64,000 bases of DNA from Squalus acanthias (Eukaryota). The position numbers and the translations under genes are program-made. Shown here in pieces: positions 24,729-37,267 of this stretch. Each line of letters starts with the position of its first letter. Within the stretch, counting starts at the first letter, position 1. The stretch covers positions 163,000,001 through 163,064,000 of the forward strand of contig CM059425.1 in the NCBI GenBank assembly GCA_030390025.1. Reading direction: 5' to 3'. The notes under the pieces are model-generated. The model ran no database searches. It was given only the letters and a program-made list of their open reading frames with translations, and had not been told where the DNA came from.

Positions 24729-26510
24729 GGGCTGAATGTTTGCGGGCACTCAGGGGGCGGGTTTGGAGGCGGCCCGCTGTCAAAATAGCAAAGATACGGT
24801 AGGAAACCCGCTGTCAACCTGCCTCCAGGCGAGTCTCCCAGGTGTCGGGTCTGTCTGCGCAGAACTGATCCGACACCAAGTAGGGGAGACAATTTAGATC
24901 ATTAAATGGCTTATTAACAGCCAATTTAATGCTATTTTGAGCCTACCTGGTGCTCCCCCATGGGTTACCCGCTGCTCGGGAAACACGCCAGCTCACCTTG
25001 CTGTGAGTTGAATCTGCTTTGCTTTATCTGATAACCTGACGGCTACAGAAGTGGTATAAAGGATACCATGTTGCAGCTGTTCAGTTTCAGAGCTCAAAAA
25101 CTATTGGTTACTGCATTTGTAAGACATATAGAGCTTTCTGTAGCTTGCAAGTGTTTAGAGCCAACTCTTTAACCAGTGGCACCTCATTGGAACAACCTCT
25201 CTCACCATTGACAGATCACGTCTGTCATCTCAACTGCAGCTGCCATCTATTCCAGCAACATCAGTGCCCTTGAAAAAAATCTCACCTTGGTTCTCTGAAT
25301 CCTTCCACGATCAGCCCCAACACCAGCAGCACCAGGCACAGCAACATCACCACCAACAACACCAACCTTCTCCGCCATCACCTGATGCTGCACAGGACAC
25401 GGGACATCAGCACCTGACAACATTGTTGCCCAGGACGCCAGCGATGGCCTCACCATGTCCAGATTTACTTCACTTGATGCCACATGATGCGCCAGGTTGA
25501 CACCATCCCACACCAGCACCATAAGCATCCCTTTAATGTCCAAGCCATTCCTTTCACACTCATCACAATAGCAGGGGGGGAGGGGAGGGGAGGGAAGGGA
25601 GAGGGTGGAGTTATGTCTCAACATTCACTGGAGCTCACTAAGAAACTTCTCAAGATGCGCACAAATCTGTGCAATAAGGTGAAGTGTTGAAAATATAGAT
25701 TTCGTTGTTTGACGACACAATTAACAGAAACTTCACATGAACATTGGCTAAACATCTCAAGTGCCTACCCTTGTGTGTTGTTAGTTGGTATGCTTGCAGT
25801 AGGGTGAGTGTAAGTGGTGCTTAGTGAGACGGGGAAGTGATAATGTAGATAGAGAGGGATGGGTGGAGGTGCAAGGTAAGTTGGTGTGAGTAAGGATGTG
25901 CAGGAGTAGGGTAGGGAAGGCAGAGTGATGTGGATGTGAAAAGTGGCACAGCAGGATGAGGTTGAGTGTGGCTTTGCAGTAATGTTTCATGATCTACTGA
26001 GATCAATGAAAGGTTTGCACCATTGCAGCCAGGGACTCCTGACGACATCCCTGCTTGTGTCTTCCTGTGCGATGTGCAACCAGGCTGTGTTGATCTCCTG
26101 GGGACGTCTCTTCCGCCTATTGGAAGGGAAGAGAATCTCCCTGCGTGCTGTGAGTCCCTCCATAAGCATATTGAGGGAGTCATGCGAGAGCCTGGGTGAA
26201 GACGTGTACCTTTGTGCAGTGCTTGTCAGTGTTTGCAGCACCTCAATGCTGCAGAACACTGACAGCACAACTGTCAAAATCAACATGGCCATGGTCCCTT
26301 TAAGGAAACCGGCTGATGATGCATCATCAAATGACATCATCAGACCCGCTTCCTATTAATTGGCCAGGAACCCTGCAGGGCAGGCTTAACAAGGCCAATC
26401 TACGGAAAATCATTTTCAGAGAGCGGCTGCAGACAGGAGCGAGAGCGGGACCGGAACCCGCCAACCAGCTCTCCGGCCGCCATCCCGCCTCCGCAGGGAA
26501 AATCCAGCCC
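24729..26510 (-). mobile_element. Non-autonomous Harbinger/PIF element with both termini
   Basis: TIRs GGGCTGAATGTTT and AAAATCCAGCCC; TAA on both flanks (24726-24728, 26511-26513); minus-strand Myb/SANT-like remnant (SPRLSHDSLNMLMEG...AWLHIAQE...QWCKPFIDL). Confidence 0.88.
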
Positions 26511-26814
26511 TAAGAGCGGCTCCTTGTCCTTTGGTGTAACGTTGTAGGGAAGGGCCAAACAATAGTGGTGATATTTTCCAGATTAGACTGAAGATCAATC
26601 GACCAGTCTTAACTGAACCACTGCCTGTACTAAAACTCTACCATTCTCCCCGAAACTGCAAACCCGATAAATGACATAATCCATCAAAACTGGCAGCTTT
26701 TTATTCTCAAAAGTCACAACCAGTACCTTGTATTTACAAGAACTGATAAAATCAATCATGAAAACAGAACTGTGATTGCTGTACCTTGTAACTACAGTAT
26801 CACAATTATCACAG

Positions 26815-27000
26815 AGCCACAGTTCAGTAGCCTAGTGGTTATGGTACTGGACTGATTAAACCAGCAGGCTGTGCTTCAAGTCCCACTATGGAAGTAATGA
26901 AATTGAATTATAAACAAATCTGGTAATTTCTGGACCAGCATCAGAAAACCTGACTGATTCACTAATGTCCTTCAGGAAAGGGAGGCTGTCTCCCCTGCTT
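26815..27000 (+). mobile_element. Degenerate tRNA-derived SINE
   Basis: A-box-like TAGCCTAGTGG and B-box-like GCTTCAAGTCC; body similar to 40930-41290. Confidence 0.65.
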
Positions 27001-27002
27001 TT

Positions 27003-28350
27003 TTAAAAATATTCGTTTATGGGATGTGGGCGTCACTGGCAAGGCCAGCATTTATTGCCCATCCCTAGTTGCCCTTGAGAAGGTGGTGGTGAGCCGCCTT
27101 CTTGAACCGCTGTAGTCCGTGTGGTGAAGGTACTCCCACAGTGCTGTTAGGGAGGGAGTTCCAGGATTTTGATCCAGCGACGATGAAGGAACAGCGATGT
27201 ACTTCCAAGTCAGGATGATGTGTGACTTGAAGGGGAACTTGGAGGTGGTGGTGTTCCCATGCGCCTGCTGCCCTTGTCCTTCTAGGTGGAAGAGGTCGAG
27301 GGTTTGGGAGGTGCTGCTGAAGAAAATTTGGCGAATTGCTGCAGTGCATCTTGTAGATGGTACACACTGCAGCCACGGTACGCCGGTGGTGGAGGGAGTG
27401 AATGTTTAAGGTGGTGGATGGGGTGCCAATCAAGCGGGCTGCTTTGTCTTGGATGGTGTCGAGCTTCTTGAGTGTTGTTGGAGCTGCACTCATCCAGGCA
27501 AGTGGAGAGTATTCCATCACAAGGGCAGCAGACGCATGGGAACACCACTACCTCCAAGTTCCCCTCCAAGTCACACGTCATCCTGACTTAGAAGTATATC
27601 GCCGATCCTTCATTGTCGCTGGGTCAAAATCCTGGAACTCCCTCCCTAACAGCACTGTGGGAGTACCTTCACCACACAGACAGCAGCGGTTCAAGAACGC
27701 GGCTCACCACCACCTTCTCAAGGGCAATTAGGGATGAGCAATAAATGCTGGCCTTGCCAACGACGCCCACATCCCATTAAAAAAAAAAAAATCACACTCC
27801 TGACTTGTGCCTTGCAGATGGTGGAAAGGCTTTGGGGAGTCAGGAGGTGAGACACTCGCCGCAGAATACCGAGCCTCTGACCTGCTCTTGTTGCCACAGT
27901 ATTTAAGTAGCTGGTCCAGTTAAGTTTTTGGTCAATGGTGACCCCCAGGATATTGATGGTGGGGAATTCAGCAATGGTAATGCCGTTGAATGTCAAGGAA
28001 CAGTGGTTAGACTCTCACTTGTTGGAGATAGTCATTGCCTGACACTTGTGTGGCGCGAATGTTACCTGCCACTTATCAGCCCAAGCCTGAATGTTGTCCA
28101 GGTCTTGCTGCATGCGGGCATGGACTGCTTCATTTTCTGAGGAGTTGTGAATGGCACTGAACACCGTGCAATCATCAGCGAACATCCCCACTTCTGACCT
28201 TATGTTGGAGGGAAGGCCATTGATGAAGTAACTGAAGATGGTTGGGCCTAGGACACTGCCCTGAGGAACTCCTGCAGCGATGTCTTGGGGCTGTGATGAT
28301 TGACCTCCAACCACCACAACCATCTTCTTTTGTGCTAGGTATGACTCCAG
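27003..28350 (-). mobile_element. CR1/L2-group LINE 3' portion (second family, 'family B')
   Basis: [15 protein letters not shown] and MEYSPLAWMSAAPTTLKKLD; other copies at about 32085, 49583 and 57365. Confidence 0.88.
27522..27790 (+). mobile_element. Short family B LINE 3' end inserted antisense into a family B copy
   Basis: Reverse-complement similarity to about 27020-27280; poly(A) tail; TSD ATCACA at 27516-27521 and 27791-27796. Confidence 0.85.
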
Positions 28351-29189
28351 GCAGTGCTGAGTCTGATCTACATGTGGCTCCAGTTCCACACTGCGTGGTT
28401 GACTCTTAATGCCCTCAGGGCAACTAGGGATGAGCAACAAATCGTGTCTTGCCAGTGTCACCCACATCCCAAGAACAAATAAAAAATACTGTTGTCATTC
28501 ATTCAATCCTTAAGGCACTTGACATCAAGCATTTACATTCAGCGACTGAAATGTCACCAGCAGAGCAGAGTCTCAAATCAATTTATCGTGACTTCTCGAG
28601 GGTTTAGAATGCAAATTTCAATTTGAATTTTCATCTAGCCATCTAACAGCCTTCCCCACTCTACAAGCTGAGAAACCATTAATAACTGTTCATAAGAACT
28701 CTTCCACTGCTTGACCAACTCTAACCACCAAACCACTATCTGTCTCAGTCCACCAGTATTTGTGGAAGCAATTATCACTTGGCAGCCCAAAGTTATACTG
28801 CCCACTGTGCATTGTTGCAGGATGCACTGAGGTCAGTCACAAAGGGGGTGTGACCTATGTGCTTGGTTACTTAAGAGCTTACCAGCAGTTAATCTTCAAT
28901 GTTCGTAGAGCACAGGTGCCATTGACTACTAAAAACTGCCAATCAAAAAAATATTTTAAAATGTTTCCCTGTACAGTAGTTGTGATATATATTGATTTGC
29001 TACCTTTTGAAGTGATACATTTGTCACATTTTTTGTTCTTTTGTGCTAGTTATTCTCTCAGGTTCAGTGTCGCTCTATAAGTGATCTAAACATCTTCTTT
29101 CCTGCCTAATATCTGGTTAAATAAAAGTGAGACTGAGAATCACAAGGGAGAACCCATACTCTGTAAACTTGCTGCTGAAATAAGACACA

Positions 29190-29952
29190 TGGGGGGAAAA
29201 ATTAGGTCGCGCCCCATTTGGGGCGCAAATATCGTCTGGACGCAAATATTAGCGCCTGGCGCTAATTATCGGCACTGACTGGAAACTTCACTTTTACCGC
29301 CCCGGGAGGTGAGTGGAGCGCTAAAGCAGGCGCTGCACACCTGTCTTAAGGCGCAAAGGCCAAGGAGTGAGGCGCTAACTCAGAGCGCTGGCGAAGCTCA
29401 TGTAATGTCAGTCAGCAATGGAACACACACACAATGGCACGGGCCAGTTCTTAAAGGGGATGGTTAATCTTGCTTTCCATCCACATCCTGTTCATTGCAG
29501 CCTTGAATCTCGGCCTGGAGAGACTTGCACATCAAATGTGCTGGAAAGAACAATGGAGAGTACCAGGTAAAGAGCTCAGAGTGCAGCTCCCACAGTCTCT
29601 GCTAAATCGATACAAGGAATGGCAAATCAAAATGAACCTGCAAAGTGCTGCTCAGTACCCAAAACTCCTTCACACAACGTTGAATCTCTCCAGAAGTCTC
29701 TCCCTCTCTCTCTCAGAATGCGTAGCTCAAAAATGCCACCAACAATAAAAGACAGGAAGAGGCCCCCTTTAAATAGCGCCCCCCCCAGCCCCACAGCGAT
29801 TGATAGCGTTCCAGTCTTCTGGTCGTTGGATGCACCAGGCGATAAGGCAGGGGGCGCCACTCAATTTCCGCTCCGGGGCGCCACAAGGGCGTTGCACCAT
29901 GGAATGACGTCATAATCTGCGCGCGCAGCATGCTGCCTTGTGAATTCTCCTC
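29190..29952. mobile_element. GC-rich non-autonomous TIR-type element
   Basis: Starts GGGGGGAAAAATTAGGT with palindrome GCGCCCCATTTGGGGCGC; CpG-rich at both ends; style similar to 12881-14064. Confidence 0.4.
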
Positions 29953-30835
29953 ACTTTATGGAAGGCGGTCTGAAATAGCACTTTTCTGAGTCAAAGCACA
30001 ACTTCAGACCATCTACTGAATTATTTACATATAATACACAAAGGAACGATATACAGTTTTTGCAGTGAGAACAATTGACTTCGCTATGCTCCTGAATTAT
30101 GTAAAACAATAAATATGCAATTTGCTAAGTCTCTAAACATGTGCCCACCTTCTCTAGCTAAGCTTGTGAAGCTAGGCTGCTGCTACAAAAACACAAAACA
30201 TTTTCTGTCACAGAGAGAAAAAGAGAGCGAGAGAGAGAAACGCCACTTCGGCGACTTCTCCAAGTTTGAGAAATGGCTACTGAGCTGTCAGCTGCAATCA
30301 CTATGTTGAGGTGAATCCCTATCATTTAATGTAAGAGTAGGATGCGCCCTATCATCAATGCAACACACCCGAACCTTCAAATGTTGCAAATAGCCTGAAT
30401 TGTTTGAGATTGTACATAGCAATCCTACTTTGAAAAATGAATTAGGACTTTAAGTCTAGCTATTGGTGAGAAAAATGTGGAATCTGATATTACAGAAATA
30501 TTATAAGTTAAAAATTCAGCTCAGGCAACCCATGGAAAATACAATTTGCCATAATGTGTAAGAGTAACTGGAAGTATTATAGCATTCAAGCAAAGTAGAT
30601 TGTACATGCTAATATGATGGCTAGTGCTGCATGTAAATATGTCTTCTGTGTTAACTTTGTGATGTGTGGCTTAAGGTATTGGGATTCTGAAATCAAACAT
30701 CAAATGAATTAGTAAGAATGAAATTGGGATACCTGATGTAACTATTACATTTTAAAACATTTCATTGTCTCAAGAGGTTTTCTGTCTTTTCCTGTTTTAG
30801 AGTGCTGGTGAATAATTGGTACTTTGTTTATAAAA

Positions 30836-30876
30836 ATGTCCAGAGAAAACTACCTGCAGATTCAGATACCAGAGAG
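30836..30876 (+). CDS. FAM81B: FAM81B coding exon 1 (exon starts 30801 with 5' UTR)
   Basis: Acceptor TTTTAG ending 30800; upstream in-frame TGA at 30809; AAAATG; MSRENYLQIQIPE; donor AG|GTAAGT, phase 2, matches the next exon. Confidence 0.75.
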
Positions 30877-32084
30877 GTAAGTGATAGAAACATTGCTTTA
30901 CTTTGTAGTATGATAATGCTACAGTAATTGAAAGGGATGAACTAGACTGACCAGTTCATTGTATGGACTAGAATGGGAAGTTGTACATGTTAAGCAATAT
31001 GTCAGCATTAGATAGCCTGTGGTTGTACAACTTTAATTATTGCTTTTACTGCTTTTGGCTATTATAATACAAATGAGAAAGCAGTTATATTAGTGCACTA
31101 ACATTTTGACATGACTAAGATAGAAAAAACAAGGTTTCTGTTTACTTGTTGTCCAACTATTTTTGTAATAGAGTCAAAAAAATTAATTTAATTTATAAAT
31201 GTTATTTTATACTTTCAAATATATCAACTTATGGTTCTGTGCATCCTTCTGATTTTGATATGCAACACATGAAACTGAAAATGTATGGGAAATAATTTTA
31301 GAGCTCACTTATGATGGATAAAGTCTGCAGATTCATAAGACACAGAGGGCATTTCATATTGATAGACCAAAATGAACTATGACCCCCCAGTAAGTCCCCT
31401 CCTAGAAACCTTATCTTGAGCCTGTAGTCAGTCTCTGTGATTGCAGAGAGTGCTTCTGTGAAGGAGGGGATTCAGGGAAGGGAGGGGACAAGGAGGGGTC
31501 TAAAAGGAAACACTGAGTAAAATGCTAAAGATCTACCAGTAATATTAATCCAGAGTTAATTTCATGATTTATCTTGCATAAAAAAATAAGTGGTTGATAA
31601 TAGTTTTAATGTGAAATTTTACTCATAAAGCTTTTTAAATTCATCCTGCAGTTTGTTTCAAATCTATATTCTGTAAGCAATAACTGTTTTAGAATTCACA
31701 TTATGAAAAAAAACAATTATTTCTAATCATTTACGTCACTTTCTCTGTCTGAATACAAACTAAACACTTAGTAATAGTTTAAGTGTGAAACATTACCCAA
31801 AAAAAACCCTCAAAAATTCAGCTCGTTTTCAAATCATTTGGAATAGGAAATTTACCTTTCATGTTATAGCATAAGGAAAGGGACACATACTTCCACTTGC
31901 ACTGATAGAGAGTCATACTGATACATCCTGTGAAATTCTGCACACAAACTCAGACTGTTAACATAGGCATTGCAGGCGGAGGTGTAGTTGTTCCTCTCCA
32001 AGTGATAGAGCGAAAGTTCAGGGAAAAATATCAATTGCAAGAGAGACCAAAGTGTAGTGCCCTCACAATGGTGTTACGTAGGAA

Positions 32085-33185
32085 ATTTCAGCATTTTGAC
32101 CCACTGATGATGAAGGAATAGCAGTCTATGTCGACATTAGGATGGTTTGTGACTTGGAGAGGAACTTGGAAGTGATGCTGCTCTTGTCATTCTAGGTGCT
32201 AGAGATCACAGGGCTGGGGGATACTGTTGAAATAAGTTTGGTGAGTTGCTCCAGTGCATCTTGTAGATAGTGCAGACTATAACCATAGTATGCAGTGGTG
32301 CAAGGACTGAATATTCAGTTCAGTGTCAGGGGTACTGAAGAAGTGGACTGCTCTGTCGTGGATGGTGTCAAGCTTCTTGAGTGTTGTTTCAGCTGCATCC
32401 ATCCAGGCGCGTGCTGAGCGTTCCATCACACTTCTGATGTGAGCCTTGTAGGTGGCGATGAGGTTTAGAGGACTCAGAAGGTGAGCCACTCAGTGCAGAG
32501 AATCCAGCCTCTACCCTGCTCTTTTACCCACATTGTACATAAGGCTAGTTCAGTTATACCTCTGGTCAATGGGGAGTCCCAGGATGCTGATGTTGGGGAC
32601 TCAGTGATGGTGGTGTCATTGGAAGTTGGGGAAGTGGATGGACTTTGCCTTGTTGTCCCTTCCCTGAATCCCCTGACATATATGACATGAATCTTACCTG
32701 CCATTTGCCAGCCCAAGCCTGGATGGTATCCAAGTCCTGCTGTAGGCTCAAATAAGCTACTTCATCATCAAAGGAGTTGTGAATAGAGATGAATACTGCA
32801 GAATCATCAGTGAACAACCTCACTCCTGACCTTATGATGGAGGTAAGGCCATTGATGAAGCAGCTGAAAATGATTGGGTTGAGGACACCCCCCTAAGGAA
32901 GTCCTACAGTCATGTCCTGCAGCTGCGATGATTGGCCTCCAACAACCACAGCCAGCTTCCTTTGTCTCAGGTACGTCCAGCCACTGGAGACTTTTCCCTT
33001 TGACCTCACCACCCCCACCATTGACCTCAGTTTTGCCAGGCTCCTTCGTGCCATACTCAGTCGAATGCCGCCTTGATCTTGAGGGCAGTTACTTTCACCT
33101 CTCCTCTGGCATTCAGCATGTGTCCATGCCTGGATCAAATATACAAAGAGGTCTAAAGGTGAATGGTTCTGGTGGAACCCAAACT
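32085..33185 (-). mobile_element. Degenerate family B LINE fragment
   Basis: Diverged copy of the 27003-28350 family (LFTDD, TLKKLDTIHD). Confidence 0.8.
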
Positions 33186-33394
33186 GAATACCCAAAAGTA
33201 AAGTTATGAAATAGGATAAAAAATAGCAAGTTTAAGCATGATATGTTTAAGCATACTGTATGCAAGACTTTTAGATAGATAGATAATAAGAGGTTTGCCA
33301 AACGTATCTTCCCTTAAGACAGTGCTCTCTGAAATAATAGCTTTATGTGAGGTAAAATTAATTCAATGTATTCCTTTTTATTTTGGTTATCCAG

Positions 33395-33644
33395 AGACCA
33401 CACCTTTCTGCAACTTCCTGAGGTGCCTAAAAGTCACTTGCAAATCATGGATGAACGTATATCCAACCAGGAAAGGACCACTGCAACTCTTCTCGACCAG
33501 GCTTTTCAGATAAAAGAGGACATTATTATCTACTTGAGAGGAAACCAGGGCAACTATCCAGTAGAGAGAGTATCTCAACAGCTGCTGGAAAACCACATAC
33601 AAGTTATAACCAGTATCCTCAAACAACTAAGCACTGACATAGAG
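33395..33644 (+). CDS. FAM81B: FAM81B coding exon 2
   Basis: MDERISNQERTTATLLDQAFQIKEDI...LLENHIQVITSILKQLSTDIE matches recalled FAM81B (LEDRLNNQARTIAFLLEQAFRIKEDI...LLESHIQTITSIVKKLSQNIE); CAG acceptor and GT donor; 250 nt. Confidence 0.93.
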
Positions 33645-33839
33645 GTATTTTATTTGTTTTGCTAAATAGAATCAGCAGCGAGATTGATGCTCTTAGTATC
33701 ATTATGGAGCTAGTATGAGTGAGGCTGCCTCATTTGGACTGATTATTTTATGTTGCCCACAGTCAATGTGGCTCTAAGAGTCAGAGAAAACCAGGTTTCA
33801 CTCAGTACCACACATGATCAATCCACTTAACTGCCACAA

Positions 33840-36828
33840 GTCTGCCACTTAGAGCAGCGCCAGCAGAAATGAGCGCACCCAGCACCAGCGCAGAGACGCA
33901 CACCTCGGTGGGTCCTTTGTGAGATAGAGTAGTGTTGTCACCTGGTGTATCAGATGTCACAAGTGAGCAAGATCAGATGGTGGAGACAGGGACAGCAGTG
34001 GAGACTCCTCGTCAGATGCCGCAGGACGCTCCTGTCTCTGCTCAGCTGCATGTAGACGTTGAGCCTCGGGGGCCATCCAGGAAGAGGGTGATCCTGGAGC
34101 TTCAGGAACAAGTGCAGGAGGATCTGACAGGGTTTGCAACCATGGTAACTGCGAGTGTGCAGAGAATAGAAAGTCCATCTCAAATATGAGCAATGCCATG
34201 ACGCACACACTGCCAACTGTAGGTTCCACCATGGATTGGATGGCAACCTCCATGGCGGACATAAATCGCCAGACTCAGAAGAACATGGTAACACTTCTAA
34301 ATAGATGGTCATCTATGGAGGATAGATGGGCATCTATTGAGGAGAGAAAACAGAGGTTCATGGATGTCCTTGTTATGAGGAATGTCAGTACAGACATGGG
34401 TCCTCATGGCCCCACTGATGTGCAGCAAGATGCTCTCCAGCTACTTGCCAGCAGCGAAGTGTGGGTGGCCCATGAGAGGGATGATGTGGGAGGGGACATG
34501 GAAGTGGGGGCTCCTCTCCAAGCGATCAAACTTCCACCCCCCTTGCCAAGCCCTCGGTCAGAGCCCCAGATGCCTCCCCGGACAGTGATGGCCGAGTCTG
34601 CCCCTGCACAGCCGCAGGAGGAGCAGACTTTGGCGGGGCCCTCACAGGCTCCAAAACCCAGAGGATGACCGCCAAAGGCATCTAAGCAGGCGCAGCAGGG
34701 AAGTGAGCATGTTGCCTCTACATTTGCTGAAGCCACAGGGGTAGCACCACGTAGAAGCACGCATAAAAGAAAGCTCCCACATAAATAGTCACAAGGGTAG
34801 TCACTTGGGTGATTTGCTAAAAATTAATGTTAAGTTTCTGTTATTTTACTTTGTTGTAATAAATTATTTTTTTCTGAATGTTTGCATTCGTTGCCATATG
34901 TGTGCTCACAATTGCAAGTGGCAGAGTGAAGGGTAAGGGTGCCTTTTATGTCCAGCAATGGTGGTGACAGTGCAAGGAATGCACAGTTCATTGTAGAGAT
35001 GCTCTATGGTGTTGAAGTGAGATGATGCCAATCTTCATGCGGATGTGGCAGCCACATGTCTGTGCTGCATAAAGTTAGGTGAATCTGGCATTGATTAGTC
35101 CATCCCTGGCATCACGGGCAGCAATGTGCTCGTGTTCTGGTCGCATTGGGACAGCCGCCTCCTCCGGGTGTTCCTCATGCTGAACCTCATTCTGCTCTTC
35201 CTCCTCCTCCTCCTCTGTGCCTTGTGCCTCATGCAGCGCTAATCCTCGCTGCAGTGTGATGTTGTGCAGGGTACAGCAGACAACGACGATTCTCGAGACC
35301 CTGGCTGGTGCGTACTGAAGGGCTCCACCAGATCTGTCCAGGCATCTGAAGCGCATTTTGAGCAACCCTATTGTTTGCTCTGAGACTTCTGGTGGAAATG
35401 TGGCTTTGATTGTAATGCTCCTCAGACTCGTTTGATGGCCTCCTCAACGGTGTCATTAGCCACTTCTTCAGGGGATAGCCCGTGTCTCCAAGGAGCCAGC
35501 CGGAAAGTTTGTTCGGCAGTGCGAAGAGCTGAGGGACAGTGGACTGGCGCAGGATGTAAGAGTCATGGAAGCTGCCAGGGAACTTGGCACACACATGCAT
35601 GATGCTCTTCCTATGGTTGCACACCAGCTGCATGTTAAGGGAGTGGAAGCCCTTGCAGTTGACAAATACTGCTGGGTTCTGATGGGGTGCCCTGATGGCC
35701 ACGTGTGTGCAGTCGATGACGCCCTGCACCTGTGGGAAGCCAGCCAGATTTACAAAGCCGAGTGCCCGCTCGGTAACACTGGCTTCATCAGTGGAAAAGT
35801 GGGTGTAATTGGCGGACTTGTCAAAGAGGGCTTCGGTGACCTGTGTGATGCATCTGTGTGCGGCCGACTGGGAGATGCCACTAATGTCTGCTGCTGATCC
35901 CTGGAAGGACCCTGACGCAAAGAAGTTGAGGGCGGTGGTGACTTTGACAGCCACTGGTAAGGGGTGTCCACCCGCTCCTCTGGGCTGCAGGTCTTGATCG
36001 AACATTGTGCAAATGTCTGTGACTACCTGTCGCGATAGTCTCAGCCTCCTTTGGCACTGCTGCTCAGTCATGTTGAGGAAGCTCATCCTCTGCCTGTAAA
36101 CCCTGTGTTGGGGATATCTCCTGCGGCGCGGTGCAGCCTTGCGCTGATGGCCTCTGCCCTGTGCAGCAGCAGGTGGTTGAGGAGAAGGTTGGCGCTCTTG
36201 TTGTTGGTGCTGCTGGTGTGCCTGGTTCTGCTGCTGCTGCGGCTGATCGTGGTCAGATTCTGAGGACCAGGGTGAGAGAGTTTAAATCATTCCCATTCTG
36301 CTGTTATATATATGGCAGGTGAGGATGAGATGTTAGAAACAATCTGTTAATGGAGAGAGAGGCTATTCCAAGGAGGTGACAGTGCATATAGAGTTTACAC
36401 CACACACTTACAGCCTCAATAAAGATCAAATGTGTCGTCCAAATCCTGAAATCAGCAACTTCTGACATTAGAAAGTTGAACAGGTGTGAAATGTTAGCTT
36501 TTATACGACAATTGCAGCTGTGAACTAATCAGCTCGATTGAACTCCCGACCTACTTACCTGACATGATCTCCGAATGACGTGAATCTCGTTAAAAATGTG
36601 GTAAAATAGAAATAGGCTGGCAAAATAGTAGTTAACAAGCGTTTAACTATCTTTAATGCCTCCCCCGCCGCTTGGTGTCAGGGTCAGTTCTGAAATCGCA
36701 GACCCGACACTTTGGAAACTTACATGGAGGCGGGTTCGGAGCGGGCTCCCAACCCGCTGTCAATCATTTTGATTTTGACAGCAGACCCGCCTCCGAACCC
36801 GCCCTCTGAGCGCCGGCAAAATCGCGGC
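33840..36828 (-). mobile_element. Harbinger transposon, left end missing
   Basis: Transposase on the minus strand converging with the C-terminal part of the accessory gene on the plus strand; right terminus GCCGGCAAAATCGCGGC resembles that of 18481-19766. Confidence 0.85.
35075..36086 (-). pseudogene. Harbinger (HARBI1-like) DDE transposase, frameshifted
   Basis: [37 protein letters not shown], then LKMRFRCLD and CCTLHN in another frame (shift near 35380). Confidence 0.9.
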
Positions 36829-37267
36829 TATTGTGTTAGGAGATTAAGTGATGCATTTGGTGAACACACTGTTCTCTCACTTCTGGATCTGGATTTGAAT
36901 GCAGAATAAATTGATTTTATATACTCCTTTCCCTTTGATTGCAAGTGTCCTATGTGAAATTAATCTGGGACAATTCCAATTTGTTCCCTAATGGGCATAA
37001 GCCTACATTACAGAATTGTCTTCAATTAAGTGTTATTTTGGTATTTTATTCAGAGAGGTCCAATATCACACTGGTGCAGCTGTTCAGTGTTGTAGACACA
37101 TGTTGCAGCAGCATTGAGGGAGCTTTAATCTGCACCTAAACTGTTCTTTATTTCACCTGGAAATGCTTGACACTGACATTGGGTGCAAAAGATAGAAAAT
37201 CCATGCACACCCCTTGCTTACCTTGCAAAAAATTCCTCCTCCTAAAAAAATAAAGCGTTGGAAATGT

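Noticed and set aside
35075..36086. Possible host HARBI1 gene
   Set aside because: Frameshifted, intronic, next to a TIR and accessory gene, with a second decayed copy nearby; a transposon rather than the domesticated gene.
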